Shown: positions 28,095 to 37,334 of the stretch, in pieces
How the letters are laid out: the number at the start of each line of letters is the position of its first letter
Numbering within the stretch: the stretch's first letter is position 1
Origin: Phycisphaerales bacterium
Lineage (GTDB): Bacteria; Planctomycetota; Phycisphaerae; Phycisphaerales; UBA1924
Direction of reading: 5' to 3'
Assembly: GCA_965227775.1 (NCBI GenBank)
Contig: OZ245777.1
Span: 2,752,001 to 2,816,000 of the forward strand
DNA: 64,000 bases
Program-made: the position numbers and the translations under genes
The notes under the pieces: model-generated
What the model was told of the DNA's origin: nothing
What the model saw: the letters and a program-made list of their open reading frames with translations, nothing else
The model's database searches: none

Positions 28095-29312
28095 TCAGCC
28101 TTCGCGGCGGGCGGCCTGCTCCAGGATGGCGTCGGTGGCGGCCATCGAGGCCTCGAGCCCATCGAACCGACCGGCGATGTCACGCAGCGACTGGATCTGC
28201 TCGGCCATCGCCTCGGGTTCGGTAATGAGGGTGCGGGCGGCCATCGCGATGGGCTCGGGCCCGCCGAAGTGCGGCACCAGTTCGGGCACGACCTTCGTGC
28301 CGGCGATCAGGTTGGGCAGTGTGAAGTACCGCGTCGAGACGATCCACCGGCCGATCAGGTTGTACAGGAACTCGTTGGACTTGTAGAAGACGACCATCGG
28401 CCGCGCCTGCCGCGCAATCTGCAGCGTGACCGTGCCGCTGACGACCAGCGCCAGCTCAGCCCAGCGCACGGCTGAGTCGGTATCGCCAGCGATGAAGCCC
28501 ACGCCCTCGGGCACGCCGCCGTGGCGGTCTGCCAAGTCCCGTAGGCGCTGCTCCACGGCATCGTTGACGGCCACGATCATCGCGACGGGCGCGCGCCCAT
28601 CACGCCGGCACTTCTCGCACGCGGCGAGCTCGCGGAACGCGCCGAGGAGTAACGGCAGGTTCTTCTCGAGTTCGCTCGGGCGGCTGCCGGGGAACAGGCC
28701 GATCCGCCACGGGCCTGTTGCTTCACCCTTGCCGAACTCGGGCAGCTCCCTCGCTCGATCAAGCACGCGCTGGGGATCCAGCTCGTGGTCGAAGAGCGGG
28801 TGGCCGATGAACCGTGCGGGCACGCCTCGCGTCGTGAACCAGCCTTCCTCAAAGGGCAGCAGGCAAAGCACTAGATCCGTCAGCCTGCGCAGCTTGGCGA
28901 CGCGCCACGAGCCCCACGCCCATACCTGGGGTGCGACGAGGTGCACCACGCCGGTGCCGCCCGCCTTGGCCATGGCCGCGATGGGGAAGTTCGCCGCTGG
29001 CGAATCGACGGGCACGTGCAGCACGGGCTTGTGGCTAGCCATCCACTTGCGGATGCGGGCGTTGATGCGCTTGTGCTCGCGGATCTTGGCCAAGCCCGGC
29101 ATGCCCATGACGGCGTTCTCGCCGGTGCGTTCGATGACGACCGCCCCGGCGGCCTCCATTTTGGGCCCGCCCCAGGCGTAGACGGGCCGCTCCGGCTGCC
29201 GTTCGATGATCTCGGCGATGACCGGGGCGGCATGGTCGTCGCCGCTGGGCTCGAAGGCCGTGAAGAGGATCGGCCGCTTGGGCTGCGCGGTCTGGGGAGG
29301 GTTGGGTCGCAC
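28095..29312 (-). CDS. lpxB: Lipid-A-disaccharide synthase
   Basis: EPSGD, VDSPAAN, APQVWAW, LLPFE, GHPL, PGSR, SGTVTL, LPNLIA...VPEL. Confidence 0.93.
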   Translation of the reverse strand: MRPNPPQTAQPKRPILFTAFEPSGDDHAAPVIAEIIERQPERPVYAWGGPKMEAAGAVVIERTGENAVMGMPGLAKIREHKRINARIRKWMASHKPVLHVPVDSPAANFPIAAMAKAGGTGVVHLVAPQVWAWGSWRVAKLRRLTDLVLCLLPFEEGWFTTRGVPARFIGHPLFDHELDPQRVLDRARELPEFGKGEATGPWRIGLFPGSRPSELEKNLPLLLGAFRELAACEKCRRDGRAPVAMIVAVNDAVEQRLRDLADRHGGVPEGVGFIAGDTDSAVRWAELALVVSGTVTLQIARQARPMVVFYKSNEFLYNLIGRWIVSTRYFTLPNLIAGTKVVPELVPHFGGPEPIAMAARTLITEPEAMAEQIQSLRDIAGRFDGLEASMAATDAILEQAARREG

Positions 29313-29413
29313 GCACCAGTGAAGCGCGGGGGGCCGGGCGGGTCAACCGGCGGCGACGAGCCGGACAGACATCCAAACGGCCAGGAGATCCGCCGCGCGT
29401 ACCATCACTAGGC

Positions 29414-29836
29414 ATGACGCGATGCCCCCGATGCCAGTACGACGCCGCACGCCAGGGCGACGAGCCTCGCGTGGTGTGTCCCGAGTGTGGACACGAGTAC
29501 ACGCCCGGCGAGGCGGCCGACCGCCCCGGCCCATTCATTGCCGCAGCGGTCGTGTTCACGATCGCCCTGGCCGCCATGGCGGGCCTGCTCGCTTGCACGT
29601 GGCAACTCGGTGACGCCTGGTTCGTACGTGATATGGAGCGATGGTGGTACGCCGGTGCCGTCGCGGGAGGCGTCGCGGCATACGCCCTCACCGCGTGCCT
29701 GTTCCCCGCCGCATTCCGCGGCTGGCGGCCGCGGCACAGCGTGGGCCTGCTCGTGTACCTGCTGCTCGCGAGCGGGCTGTACGTGATGGTCGCGTTTGCT
29801 TTGGTTTGGCTCCGCGGGCTCGCGGCCCAATCGTAG
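29414..29836 (+). CDS. Membrane protein with N-terminal zinc-ribbon
   Basis: CPRCQY...CPECG then 3 TMs; TACCAT 8 nt upstream. Confidence 0.7.
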   Translation: MTRCPRCQYDAARQGDEPRVVCPECGHEYTPGEAADRPGPFIAAAVVFTIALAAMAGLLACTWQLGDAWFVRDMERWWYAGAVAGGVAAYALTACLFPAAFRGWRPRHSVGLLVYLLLASGLYVMVAFALVWLRGLAAQS

Positions 29837-30024
29837 GGGATGCGCTCGCGCCAGCGGTTTGCGTTCCCACCGCAGACTGTCGGCGAGTCTGCAATCGGGA
29901 GATAGGCCGGTTCCACGCCTCATCGATGGAGGACGGCACCCAGCCCGGCCGCACCCAACGCGTGTTTTAGGAGTGAGGTGATGTTGGACTTCGTGCATCA
30001 ACGGCTCGTTCCTAGAGTCGAACA

Positions 30025-30495
30025 ATGTCGCGGACCCGCCGATACCTTGTCGAGCTAGCCACCAACGGGCGGCTCGACCTTGATCGTGATGAGCTTCGGT
30101 CGCTGGAGACGCGTGTCAACGACATCGCATCAACCGATAAGCGCTACGGCCTGATGGTGGGCCTAGGCGTGCTGTGCATGATCGCCTTGGGTTGGATCGT
30201 TGGTCTCACGCTGATGTGGTTGGGTCGGCTGGTTGGCCTGCCCAAGGGTGTGGAGATCGCCGCCGCGGGCCTGCTCACGCCCGCGCTATTGATCCCCTGT
30301 TGGTTCTTCATCTTTACACCGTTGCTCCGCGGCGCCATGCGCCGCGCCTTGCGGGAGCTTGGCCACGACGTGTGCGCTTCATGTGGGTACGTACTCGCGG
30401 GCCTGCCCGTTCTCGATGGCGTACGGGCGCCGTGCCCGGAGTGCGGCCGCAGGGACCAGCCACCCCTCGGTGAGCGGCAGTCGGTCGACGCCTGA
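30025..30495 (+). CDS. Membrane protein with C-terminal zinc-ribbon
   Basis: Two TMs then CASCGYVLAGL...CPECG; TAGAGT 6 nt upstream. Confidence 0.75.
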   Translation: MSRTRRYLVELATNGRLDLDRDELRSLETRVNDIASTDKRYGLMVGLGVLCMIALGWIVGLTLMWLGRLVGLPKGVEIAAAGLLTPALLIPCWFFIFTPLLRGAMRRALRELGHDVCASCGYVLAGLPVLDGVRAPCPECGRRDQPPLGERQSVDA

Positions 30496-30515
30496 ATCTC
30501 TCGGAGGTAGCACAA

Positions 30516-31436
30516 GTGATTCTTTCGATAGCATTGCCTGCGTTGTTGGCCACACTTGCTGCACCACTGTCCGACCCGCCCCACGTCCTCTTCGTCCGCG
30601 GCGCTGAGCGCTCCGGTGGGTTCTTCTACCAGTCATCCGACGCCAATCTCACCGCCCAGCTTGCCGACATCAACGACGAGACGTCCGGCACGCGGAACAC
30701 CGGGTGGCACGCGTTGGCCGAGGCGCTGCGGGCCGATGGATTCGAAGTCTCGCAGGTCGTCGAGCCGCTGGAGGTGGGCGCACCGGAGAGTGGGCTCACG
30801 ACCGGCGCGCCGGTGCCGCTACACGAGAAGGACCTCGCGGCGTACGACGTGATCGTCATGGGCTCGAACAACGCGGCGTATGGGCCCGAGCACGTCGACG
30901 CGATCGCGGGCTACATCGAACGCGGCGGCGCGGTTCTGTTCATCGCCGATGCGAACTTCGGCTCCGACTGGGCCGACTCCACCGCATCGGACCAGCACTT
31001 CCTGGACCGCTTCGGCTGGATGCTCCAGCAGGACCAGGGCACGTACGCGCTGCGGCGGGCCGACGGCGACTTCGTGGCGCCCGACCATCCCGTGCTCCGG
31101 GGCGTCGACGCGTTCGATGGCGAGGGGGTGTCGCCGGTTGTGGTTCCCGTGGACGAGGCCGACGGCGTGCGCTCCGAGATCATCGCCCGCGCCAGGCCCG
31201 GCGCCCAGACCCGCAACAACGACGGCGAGCCGTCGGTAAACAACGGCCGCGGTTCTTCCCGCGTGGTCGGCGAGCGTGACGCGGCCCTGGCGATCGGGCG
31301 CTTCGGCGAGGGCGCGTTCGCGGTGCACTTCGACCGCAACACGTTCTTCAACGAAGGCGGGCAAGGCACGGACATCACCCGCCTGGACAACCGCCGGCTC
31401 GCGCTCAACCTGATCCGGTACCTGTCATCGGACTAG
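30516..31436 (+). CDS. Secreted protein with glutamine-amidotransferase-like fold
   Basis: Signal peptide; LAAYDVIVMG, YIERGGAVLFIAD, DNRRLALNLIRYL; GGAGG SD. Confidence 0.7.
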   Translation: MILSIALPALLATLAAPLSDPPHVLFVRGAERSGGFFYQSSDANLTAQLADINDETSGTRNTGWHALAEALRADGFEVSQVVEPLEVGAPESGLTTGAPVPLHEKDLAAYDVIVMGSNNAAYGPEHVDAIAGYIERGGAVLFIADANFGSDWADSTASDQHFLDRFGWMLQQDQGTYALRRADGDFVAPDHPVLRGVDAFDGEGVSPVVVPVDEADGVRSEIIARARPGAQTRNNDGEPSVNNGRGSSRVVGERDAALAIGRFGEGAFAVHFDRNTFFNEGGQGTDITRLDNRRLALNLIRYLSSD

Positions 31437-31486
31437 GCCTGCGAGCTCGCACACATTGCCTGTATCACACGCAGCCGTGTTCGAGG

Positions 31487-32452
31487 CTACGTGAAGGACC
31501 CACCTGGCGATCGATCATGTCCCAAGGCATCGGCGACGCCCGAACATCGCAGCCTGCGGATCGCGTTCGCAATCATGATCGCTCGGTTGAGGTGCAGGAA
31601 CGCCAGGATCGACGCGACCAGCCCGAATGGCACGCCGGCGTAGGGAATCGCCGAGAGCACCAGCAGCACGCACAACGCCGTCGCCAGCCCAACGCTTGAG
31701 CGTGGCGCCTCAATGCCGTGCTGCTGAACGAAACGGTTGGCCTCGACCGACCAGCCGCGGTAGACCCGAAACACCCAGTAGAAATTGAAGAGGGGGATGA
31801 AAAGGAAGCCGATGGCCTTGCCCGGCGTGGTCCGTGTGGGCTGGATCGATGCCCACAGCTTGTACAGCAGAACCACCAGCATCACCGCACTGGCGATCAC
31901 GAGCAGAACGACCAGGCCCATCAGTACGAGCGCGATAGCGACCGTGTCGCGATCGCCCTCGATTGTCAATACGACCATCGGGACGATGGCGACCCACGCC
32001 GCGATGGCCGCCCCGTAGATCGTGCCGAGGAACAACGCCTTGGAGATCGGCGTCGATTCGCCGTGGGGGAGCATGGCGGTGGCTTGCGGTGCGGCCCTCT
32101 GAGGCTCGCCGGCCGTGCGCCACGACAGCGCCGCGACGACAAGCAGCCCAAAGGTGCACGCGTGCATTACCGTGGCTGCGAGGCCAAGCGCGATCATCCA
32201 GGACCTGAGGTCTTCGATGAAGCCGTCCGTGTACTGCCGGTGGTACAGCCACGCCTGCCCGAGCGTGGTGGCTAAGCCGTTGGTGATCGATACCGCGCAC
32301 GCGATCACAACGAGCGTGGCGGGCCCGCGCGATCTTCGGAGGGCGGCCAGGCCGAAGCAGAGTGCAATGATCACGACGACCAACATCGGAGCCGCGCCGA
32401 TGAGCCTGTCGAGCACCAGGGACCAGTACGAACCAGGATCGGGTTGGAACAC
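31487..32452 (-). CDS. Multi-pass membrane protein (DUF4328-like C-terminal part)
   Basis: TPGKAIGFLFIPLFNFYW motif; about 8 TMs. Confidence 0.7.
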   Translation of the reverse strand: MFQPDPGSYWSLVLDRLIGAAPMLVVVIIALCFGLAALRRSRGPATLVVIACAVSITNGLATTLGQAWLYHRQYTDGFIEDLRSWMIALGLAATVMHACTFGLLVVAALSWRTAGEPQRAAPQATAMLPHGESTPISKALFLGTIYGAAIAAWVAIVPMVVLTIEGDRDTVAIALVLMGLVVLLVIASAVMLVVLLYKLWASIQPTRTTPGKAIGFLFIPLFNFYWVFRVYRGWSVEANRFVQQHGIEAPRSSVGLATALCVLLVLSAIPYAGVPFGLVASILAFLHLNRAIMIANAIRRLRCSGVADALGHDRSPGGSFT

Positions 32453-32656
32453 GCGTGCCCCCCTGCCACGCAGGCAGATGCTCCCCGCGTGCGCAGCATA
32501 CGCAGGACAACGGCCGGGAGCATGCCGTGGGCCGGCTGGCCTCCGAGCGTGCCCGGCCGCCGATTGGGGCGCAACTTCCAGGTGCGACGTCGCGGACGGT
32601 TCAGCGAGATGGTGGCTGCAGGACGTGCCCCAACCACGCGGCCGGAATCTGGAGCG

Positions 32657-35167
32657 TTATCGCTGGTCGGCCTCGGCGAGCCGCTTCGATCGCCGCTCAC
32701 GGAGGTCGCGCATGACAAGGGTCTTGTTCCTTGCGGCCAGCGAGTCGCCGCCTCGCTCGGCAGTACGCAGAGACATCTCGAGCAACTCCAGCGACAGGCG
32801 GTGGTCAGCACCGACCAACTGCTCAGCGCTATGGAAGAGGTCATCGATCTGGCGCATTGCCTCCAGGGGCCGTTCCGGTGCGGTGCTCGCCATCGTGCGC
32901 AGGGCCTGTGCGATGATGAGGTCCGGGTGATCGGGCCCCAGCCTGCTCGAGCGGATGCGATGAACCGCCTCGGCGTGATTGACCGCGGCCTGCGTGTTCC
33001 CGGCGGCGAGTTCCAGCCGCGCGGCGACTTCGTGCGCATCGGCGATGTCGATGTGATCGTCGGGTAAGCGCACGCCCAAGATCGCGAAGGCCGCATCGAC
33101 TTGAGACCGTGCTTCGTCCACTTCTCCGACTTGTACGAGCGCTCTCGCGAGCACGGTGCGAACGTGAGCCTCGGCGTACGCCTGCTCACTCGCGCCTTCG
33201 ATAAGGGCCAGCGCCTCGCGAGCCGTCGAGACCGCCTGCGCGGCATCACCGCTGGCGAGCACCATGTGCGCATCCCAGGCCATCGCACGTGCCCGATACG
33301 GCTCCCCGTAATGGCGAGCCAGGAGGTTGCCTGCGACCCGGATCGTGGACCTGGCCTCCGTTGGGCGGTCGAGCGCGAGCAATGCTCGACCCAGCTTCAG
33401 GTGCTGCCAACCCGCCTCCGCCGAAGCGGCCCGCCCCTCGGCGGCCTGCAGATCGAGGATGTGCTCGAGTCGATCTGCTGCCGCCTCGGCCTGCCCGTCG
33501 ACAAGCAGCATGAGGTAGGCGACTTCCTCTGCTGCGGCGATCGTCTTCGGGTCGCCCTCACCCAGCTGCTCGCGCCAGATCCGCAGCGACGCCTCGATGT
33601 GCCTGCGCGCCGGGCCGAACATCGAGTGCCGTCGGTACACGAAGCCCAGCGAGTACCGCACCTCGGCCTCGACCAGCGGTGCATCGGCCAGGTCACGATG
33701 GATGCGCCGCGACGCGTACTCGAGGGCATCGAAGAAGCTCGCGTCCGGGCCAACCTCCTCGGGGTCGACGCCGAAGATTGCGTTCTGCAGGAACGCGCCC
33801 ATGCGGCCGGCACGCTCGGCTTCGGCCTCGGCCTCGATAATCGCCAGCTCCGCCGCGCGCGTGGCCGCGCGCTCGCGATCGGCGAGCGCATGTGCGTTGA
33901 TCATGCTCGCCACGATCAGGCCGATGGCGCCAAGCACGACGAAGACCGCCATCGAGCCGGCAATGACCGCCGGCCGATGCCTCCGCGCGAACAAGCTCGC
34001 GCGGCGCACGATGCCGGCGTCGCGCGCCTCGACGGGCTCGTAGCCCAGCCACCGCCGCAGATCGGTCCCCAGCTGTCCGATCGACGCGTAGCGGTGCTCG
34101 CGGTCGGGCGCCATCGCACGGGCAAGCACAGCGCTGAGCTCTTGGTCGATGCTCGGGTCGGCCTCGTGCGCGGCCGGGGTCGGGGCCACGAGCGCACCGA
34201 GCAGCGCATCCCGGGCCGCTTGGTGGGCGTCGCCCGCGCCTGGCCTGGCTTCGACGCGCATCGACGGCATGCGGCGGGGCGGCTGTCCGGTCAGCAGCTC
34301 GAAGCCGACCGCCCCGAGCGCGAAGATGTCCGCCCGGGTGTCCAGGTCGCTTAGGTGGCCGGTCAGCTGTTCGGGGGGCATGTAGGCGAGCGTGCCCACC
34401 ACGCTCCCGCCCTCGGCGAGCCGCGCCTCGACGCCGTGGTCGAGCGCCTTGGCGACGCCGAAATCCAGCACGCGTGCAACGCCGTGCTCGTCGACGAGGA
34501 TGTTGGCCGGCTTAAGGTCCAGGTGCACGACGCCGCGCTGGTGTGCGTGCTGGAGCGCATCGCACAGGTCGGCCAGGATCCGGACGCGATCTCGCGTCGA
34601 GAGTTGCTTCGCCTCGGCGAACTCGTTGAGGGGCCGCCCCTCGACCAGCTCCATCGCGATGAAGGGGCGGTCCTCGCTCGCCCCATCGGCGTCGACGACC
34701 GGCGCCCGCCCGGCTTCGATGATCGGCGCGATGCCCGGGTGGCGGAGGCGACCGAGCATCTCCGCCTCGCGCTCCAGACGCTCGTCCGACGAGCGACCGA
34801 ACAGCTCGGGCTTGATGAGCTTGATGGCGACCTCGCGCCGGGGCGTTTCCTGGATGGCCCGGAGCACCACGCCCATGCCCCCGCGGCCGAGTTCGCCGAT
34901 GATGCGGTAGCGGCCGACGCGGCGGATCGCGGCGCCCTCCGTGCCCGCGCCGGACGCTCGCGCTCCCGCACGCGGTGGGCGCGCGTGCGGGAGCGGCTCC
35001 AGGAAGCCCTGCGACTCGTCATCGCTGGCGAGCATGCGCTCGACGGCGGCGCGCAGCTCGTGGTCGCCGCCGCAGGCCTCGTGCAACGCCATGTCGCGCT
35101 CTTCACGCGGAACGTCGCACACCGCCTGGAAGATCTCCGTCACGCGCTCGTACCGGGTCGCGTCCAT
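32657..35167 (-). CDS. Membrane Ser/Thr protein kinase with extracytoplasmic TPR-like repeats
   Basis: GRGGMGVV, VAIK, HLDLKPAN, DFG, GTLAYMPPEQ, TM, LG.DHP repeats; ATG 35167 overlaps the sigma factor stop. Confidence 0.93.
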   Translation of the reverse strand: MDATRYERVTEIFQAVCDVPREERDMALHEACGGDHELRAAVERMLASDDESQGFLEPLPHARPPRAGARASGAGTEGAAIRRVGRYRIIGELGRGGMGVVLRAIQETPRREVAIKLIKPELFGRSSDERLEREAEMLGRLRHPGIAPIIEAGRAPVVDADGASEDRPFIAMELVEGRPLNEFAEAKQLSTRDRVRILADLCDALQHAHQRGVVHLDLKPANILVDEHGVARVLDFGVAKALDHGVEARLAEGGSVVGTLAYMPPEQLTGHLSDLDTRADIFALGAVGFELLTGQPPRRMPSMRVEARPGAGDAHQAARDALLGALVAPTPAAHEADPSIDQELSAVLARAMAPDREHRYASIGQLGTDLRRWLGYEPVEARDAGIVRRASLFARRHRPAVIAGSMAVFVVLGAIGLIVASMINAHALADRERAATRAAELAIIEAEAEAERAGRMGAFLQNAIFGVDPEEVGPDASFFDALEYASRRIHRDLADAPLVEAEVRYSLGFVYRRHSMFGPARRHIEASLRIWREQLGEGDPKTIAAAEEVAYLMLLVDGQAEAAADRLEHILDLQAAEGRAASAEAGWQHLKLGRALLALDRPTEARSTIRVAGNLLARHYGEPYRARAMAWDAHMVLASGDAAQAVSTAREALALIEGASEQAYAEAHVRTVLARALVQVGEVDEARSQVDAAFAILGVRLPDDHIDIADAHEVAARLELAAGNTQAAVNHAEAVHRIRSSRLGPDHPDLIIAQALRTMASTAPERPLEAMRQIDDLFHSAEQLVGADHRLSLELLEMSLRTAERGGDSLAARNKTLVMRDLRERRSKRLAEADQR

Positions 35168-35748
35168 CACGCGTGCTCTTCGCCCTGCGCGAGCCGATCG
35201 CGCAGCCACGCCCGCGCGGTCCGCCAGTCGAGCTCGACCGTGCGGGGCGACACGCCCAGCACGGCGGCGGCTTCGTCGACGGTCAGGCCCGCGAAGAATC
35301 GCAGCTCCACGATGCGGGCCTGCCTCGAACTCAGCCGCGCCAGCTCCTCCAGCGCCGCATCCAGGGCCAACATCTCGACCGGCCCACCGGCCACGGGGCT
35401 GCCCGAGCCAGAGAGATCGAGCCCGGTGAGCGTTACCCGCTGCCAGTCGCCGCCGCGCTTCTGGGCCCGGCGTTCGCGGGCGTGCTGCACGGCCGCCTGG
35501 CGCATGGCGTTGGCGGCGGCGCCGAAGAAGTGGTTGCGTCCCTCGAAGTCGGGCGTGGCGGAGCCGAAGAGCTTCTCGTACGCCTCGTGAACCAGCGCGG
35601 TCGCGTGCAGCGAGTGCGCGTGGGAACCGCGCAGCTCGCGCCCGGCCATGGCGCGGAGCCGGTCGTACACGCGCCCCACGAGCTCCTCTCGGGCCAGGTC
35701 ATCGCCCGAGCCGACGCGTTCGAGGAGTTGTGTGAGGTCTTCGTCCAT
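35167..35748 (-). CDS. ECF sigma factor, planctomycete kinase-associated type
   Basis: LHATALVHEAY, HFFGAAANAMR, KRGG, VELRFFAGLT, DWRTARAWL; start MDEDL. Confidence 0.93.
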   Translation of the reverse strand: MDEDLTQLLERVGSGDDLAREELVGRVYDRLRAMAGRELRGSHAHSLHATALVHEAYEKLFGSATPDFEGRNHFFGAAANAMRQAAVQHARERRAQKRGGDWQRVTLTGLDLSGSGSPVAGGPVEMLALDAALEELARLSSRQARIVELRFFAGLTVDEAAAVLGVSPRTVELDWRTARAWLRDRLAQGEEHA

Positions 35749-35939
35749 GGTGCGCGGGCGCGACGGCCCAAAGAGCAGCGGATCAAAAAAAGTCGCGAAC
35801 GTCTTGCGCCCTCCCGCGGCGGTTTGCATATCTCGGGCCAGACCCATGTGTCACGCTGCCGGAGGGAGGCGGCGTGCGACCCAAGAGCCGGCCCCGCGGC
35901 GCACCGCCGGGGGCCAAAACCGACACGAGAGGATACGCC

Positions 35940-36899
35940 ATGACTCGCACGAACCGTTCTCGCTTCGTCGTCTCCATCGCCGGAACCACCATCGCCGCGC
36001 TCACGGCCTCGGCCATCGCGGATGACCCGCAGGTCTTCGGCGACTGGGGCGCCCAGGCCGACGACATCGCCGACACCGTCGATGCATTCCGCGACGCCCT
36101 GGGCGAGCTCAACCGCCCCGAGCCGGGCAGCGTGGGCAGCGGCCGCCGCCAGATCGACTGGGACGCCGCCCCCGACGCCGTCAGCGCTCCCAACGATTTC
36201 CCAGGCGACTTCTTCAACTTCCCGGCCTTCCCCCGTGCCCGCGGCGTGGTCTTCACGACCGACGGCACCGGCTTCCAGCTCTCGGCCACGCAGGCCAGCG
36301 GCGTGGGCGTCGAGTTCAGCAACATCGACGCCAGCTACGACGGCCTGTTCTCGGTCTTCAGCCCCGAGCGCCTGTTCACGCCCATCGGCGACAACGTGCT
36401 GGACGTGCACTTCCGCATCCCCGGCGAGGACCGCCCCGCCGCCAGCACCGGCTTCGGCGCCGTCTTCAGCGACGTCGACACCTCGGGCCAGACCAGCCTG
36501 ACGTTCTACGGCCTCGACGACGAGGTGCTGGGCACCTACTTCGTGCCGTCGGCGCCGATCGACAACGAGTCGCTCTCGTTCCTGGGCGTGAAGTACGACG
36601 AGGCCATCGTCACGCGGGTGCGCATCGTCTCGGGTGACACGGCCTTGGAGGAGGGCGTGGCCGAGGCGTGGCCCGCGAACGATCTCGTCGTCATGGACGA
36701 CTTCATCTTCGGTGAGCCGGTGTTCCTGCCGTGCTTCGCCGACCAGGACCGGGACGGCTCGCTGACGATCTTCGACTTCCTGGCCTTCCAGAACAGCTTT
36801 AGCGCGGGCGATCTGGCGGCCGACTGCGACGGCAACGGCCTGCTGGAGCTGTGGGACTTCCTCTGCTTCCAGAACGCGTTCGGCGCCGGCTGCCCGTAA
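35940..36899 (+). CDS. Secreted protein with C-terminal GC-type dockerin
   Basis: GAGGA SD; signal peptide; CFADQDRDGSLTIFDFLAFQNSF...AGCP. Confidence 0.88.
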   Translation: MTRTNRSRFVVSIAGTTIAALTASAIADDPQVFGDWGAQADDIADTVDAFRDALGELNRPEPGSVGSGRRQIDWDAAPDAVSAPNDFPGDFFNFPAFPRARGVVFTTDGTGFQLSATQASGVGVEFSNIDASYDGLFSVFSPERLFTPIGDNVLDVHFRIPGEDRPAASTGFGAVFSDVDTSGQTSLTFYGLDDEVLGTYFVPSAPIDNESLSFLGVKYDEAIVTRVRIVSGDTALEEGVAEAWPANDLVVMDDFIFGEPVFLPCFADQDRDGSLTIFDFLAFQNSFSAGDLAADCDGNGLLELWDFLCFQNAFGAGCP

Positions 36900-36925
36900 G
36901 GCGTCCTGCCCCAACGTCCCAATGC

Positions 36926-36993
36926 CGACCCCCAGCGACGCGCCCCCGCTCCGGCGGGGGTGCTCGCTGCGCGCCGTGCGTTGCACGGGTTCG
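36926..36993. repeat. 68-bp hairpin repeat R1, copy 1
   Basis: 62/68 identical to 39431..39498; core stem cccccgc-tccg-gcggggg extended by cagcga/tcgctg. Confidence 0.9.
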
Positions 36994-37334
36994 CTAGAGA
37001 TTGGAACGATGGCCCTGCGAGGGTGGAGACGTCGGACGCTGCTCGTTTCCTTACCTCGGTGTCCTGCGAGCGATCAAGCACCGATTGGCGGAGCACACTC
37101 GATTCGGTGGTATGCGTTCCAGTCAACTTCGTGGTGCGCCCCCACTACCGAGTCCTAACAGAAGTAGCTGAAGGTGTCTCCACGCGGGCCCGCACGGCGA
37201 TCCAACGTCCCGGCGCAGCCAGAAGGCCGATTGTGTTAAGAATTGTGGGTGTATGGGTAATTTGGGATATTCTGGGCGTAAATCTGGTAGTACAACATGG
37301 AGTGGATCGTGTATAGCAATACGGAGGTTTACCT

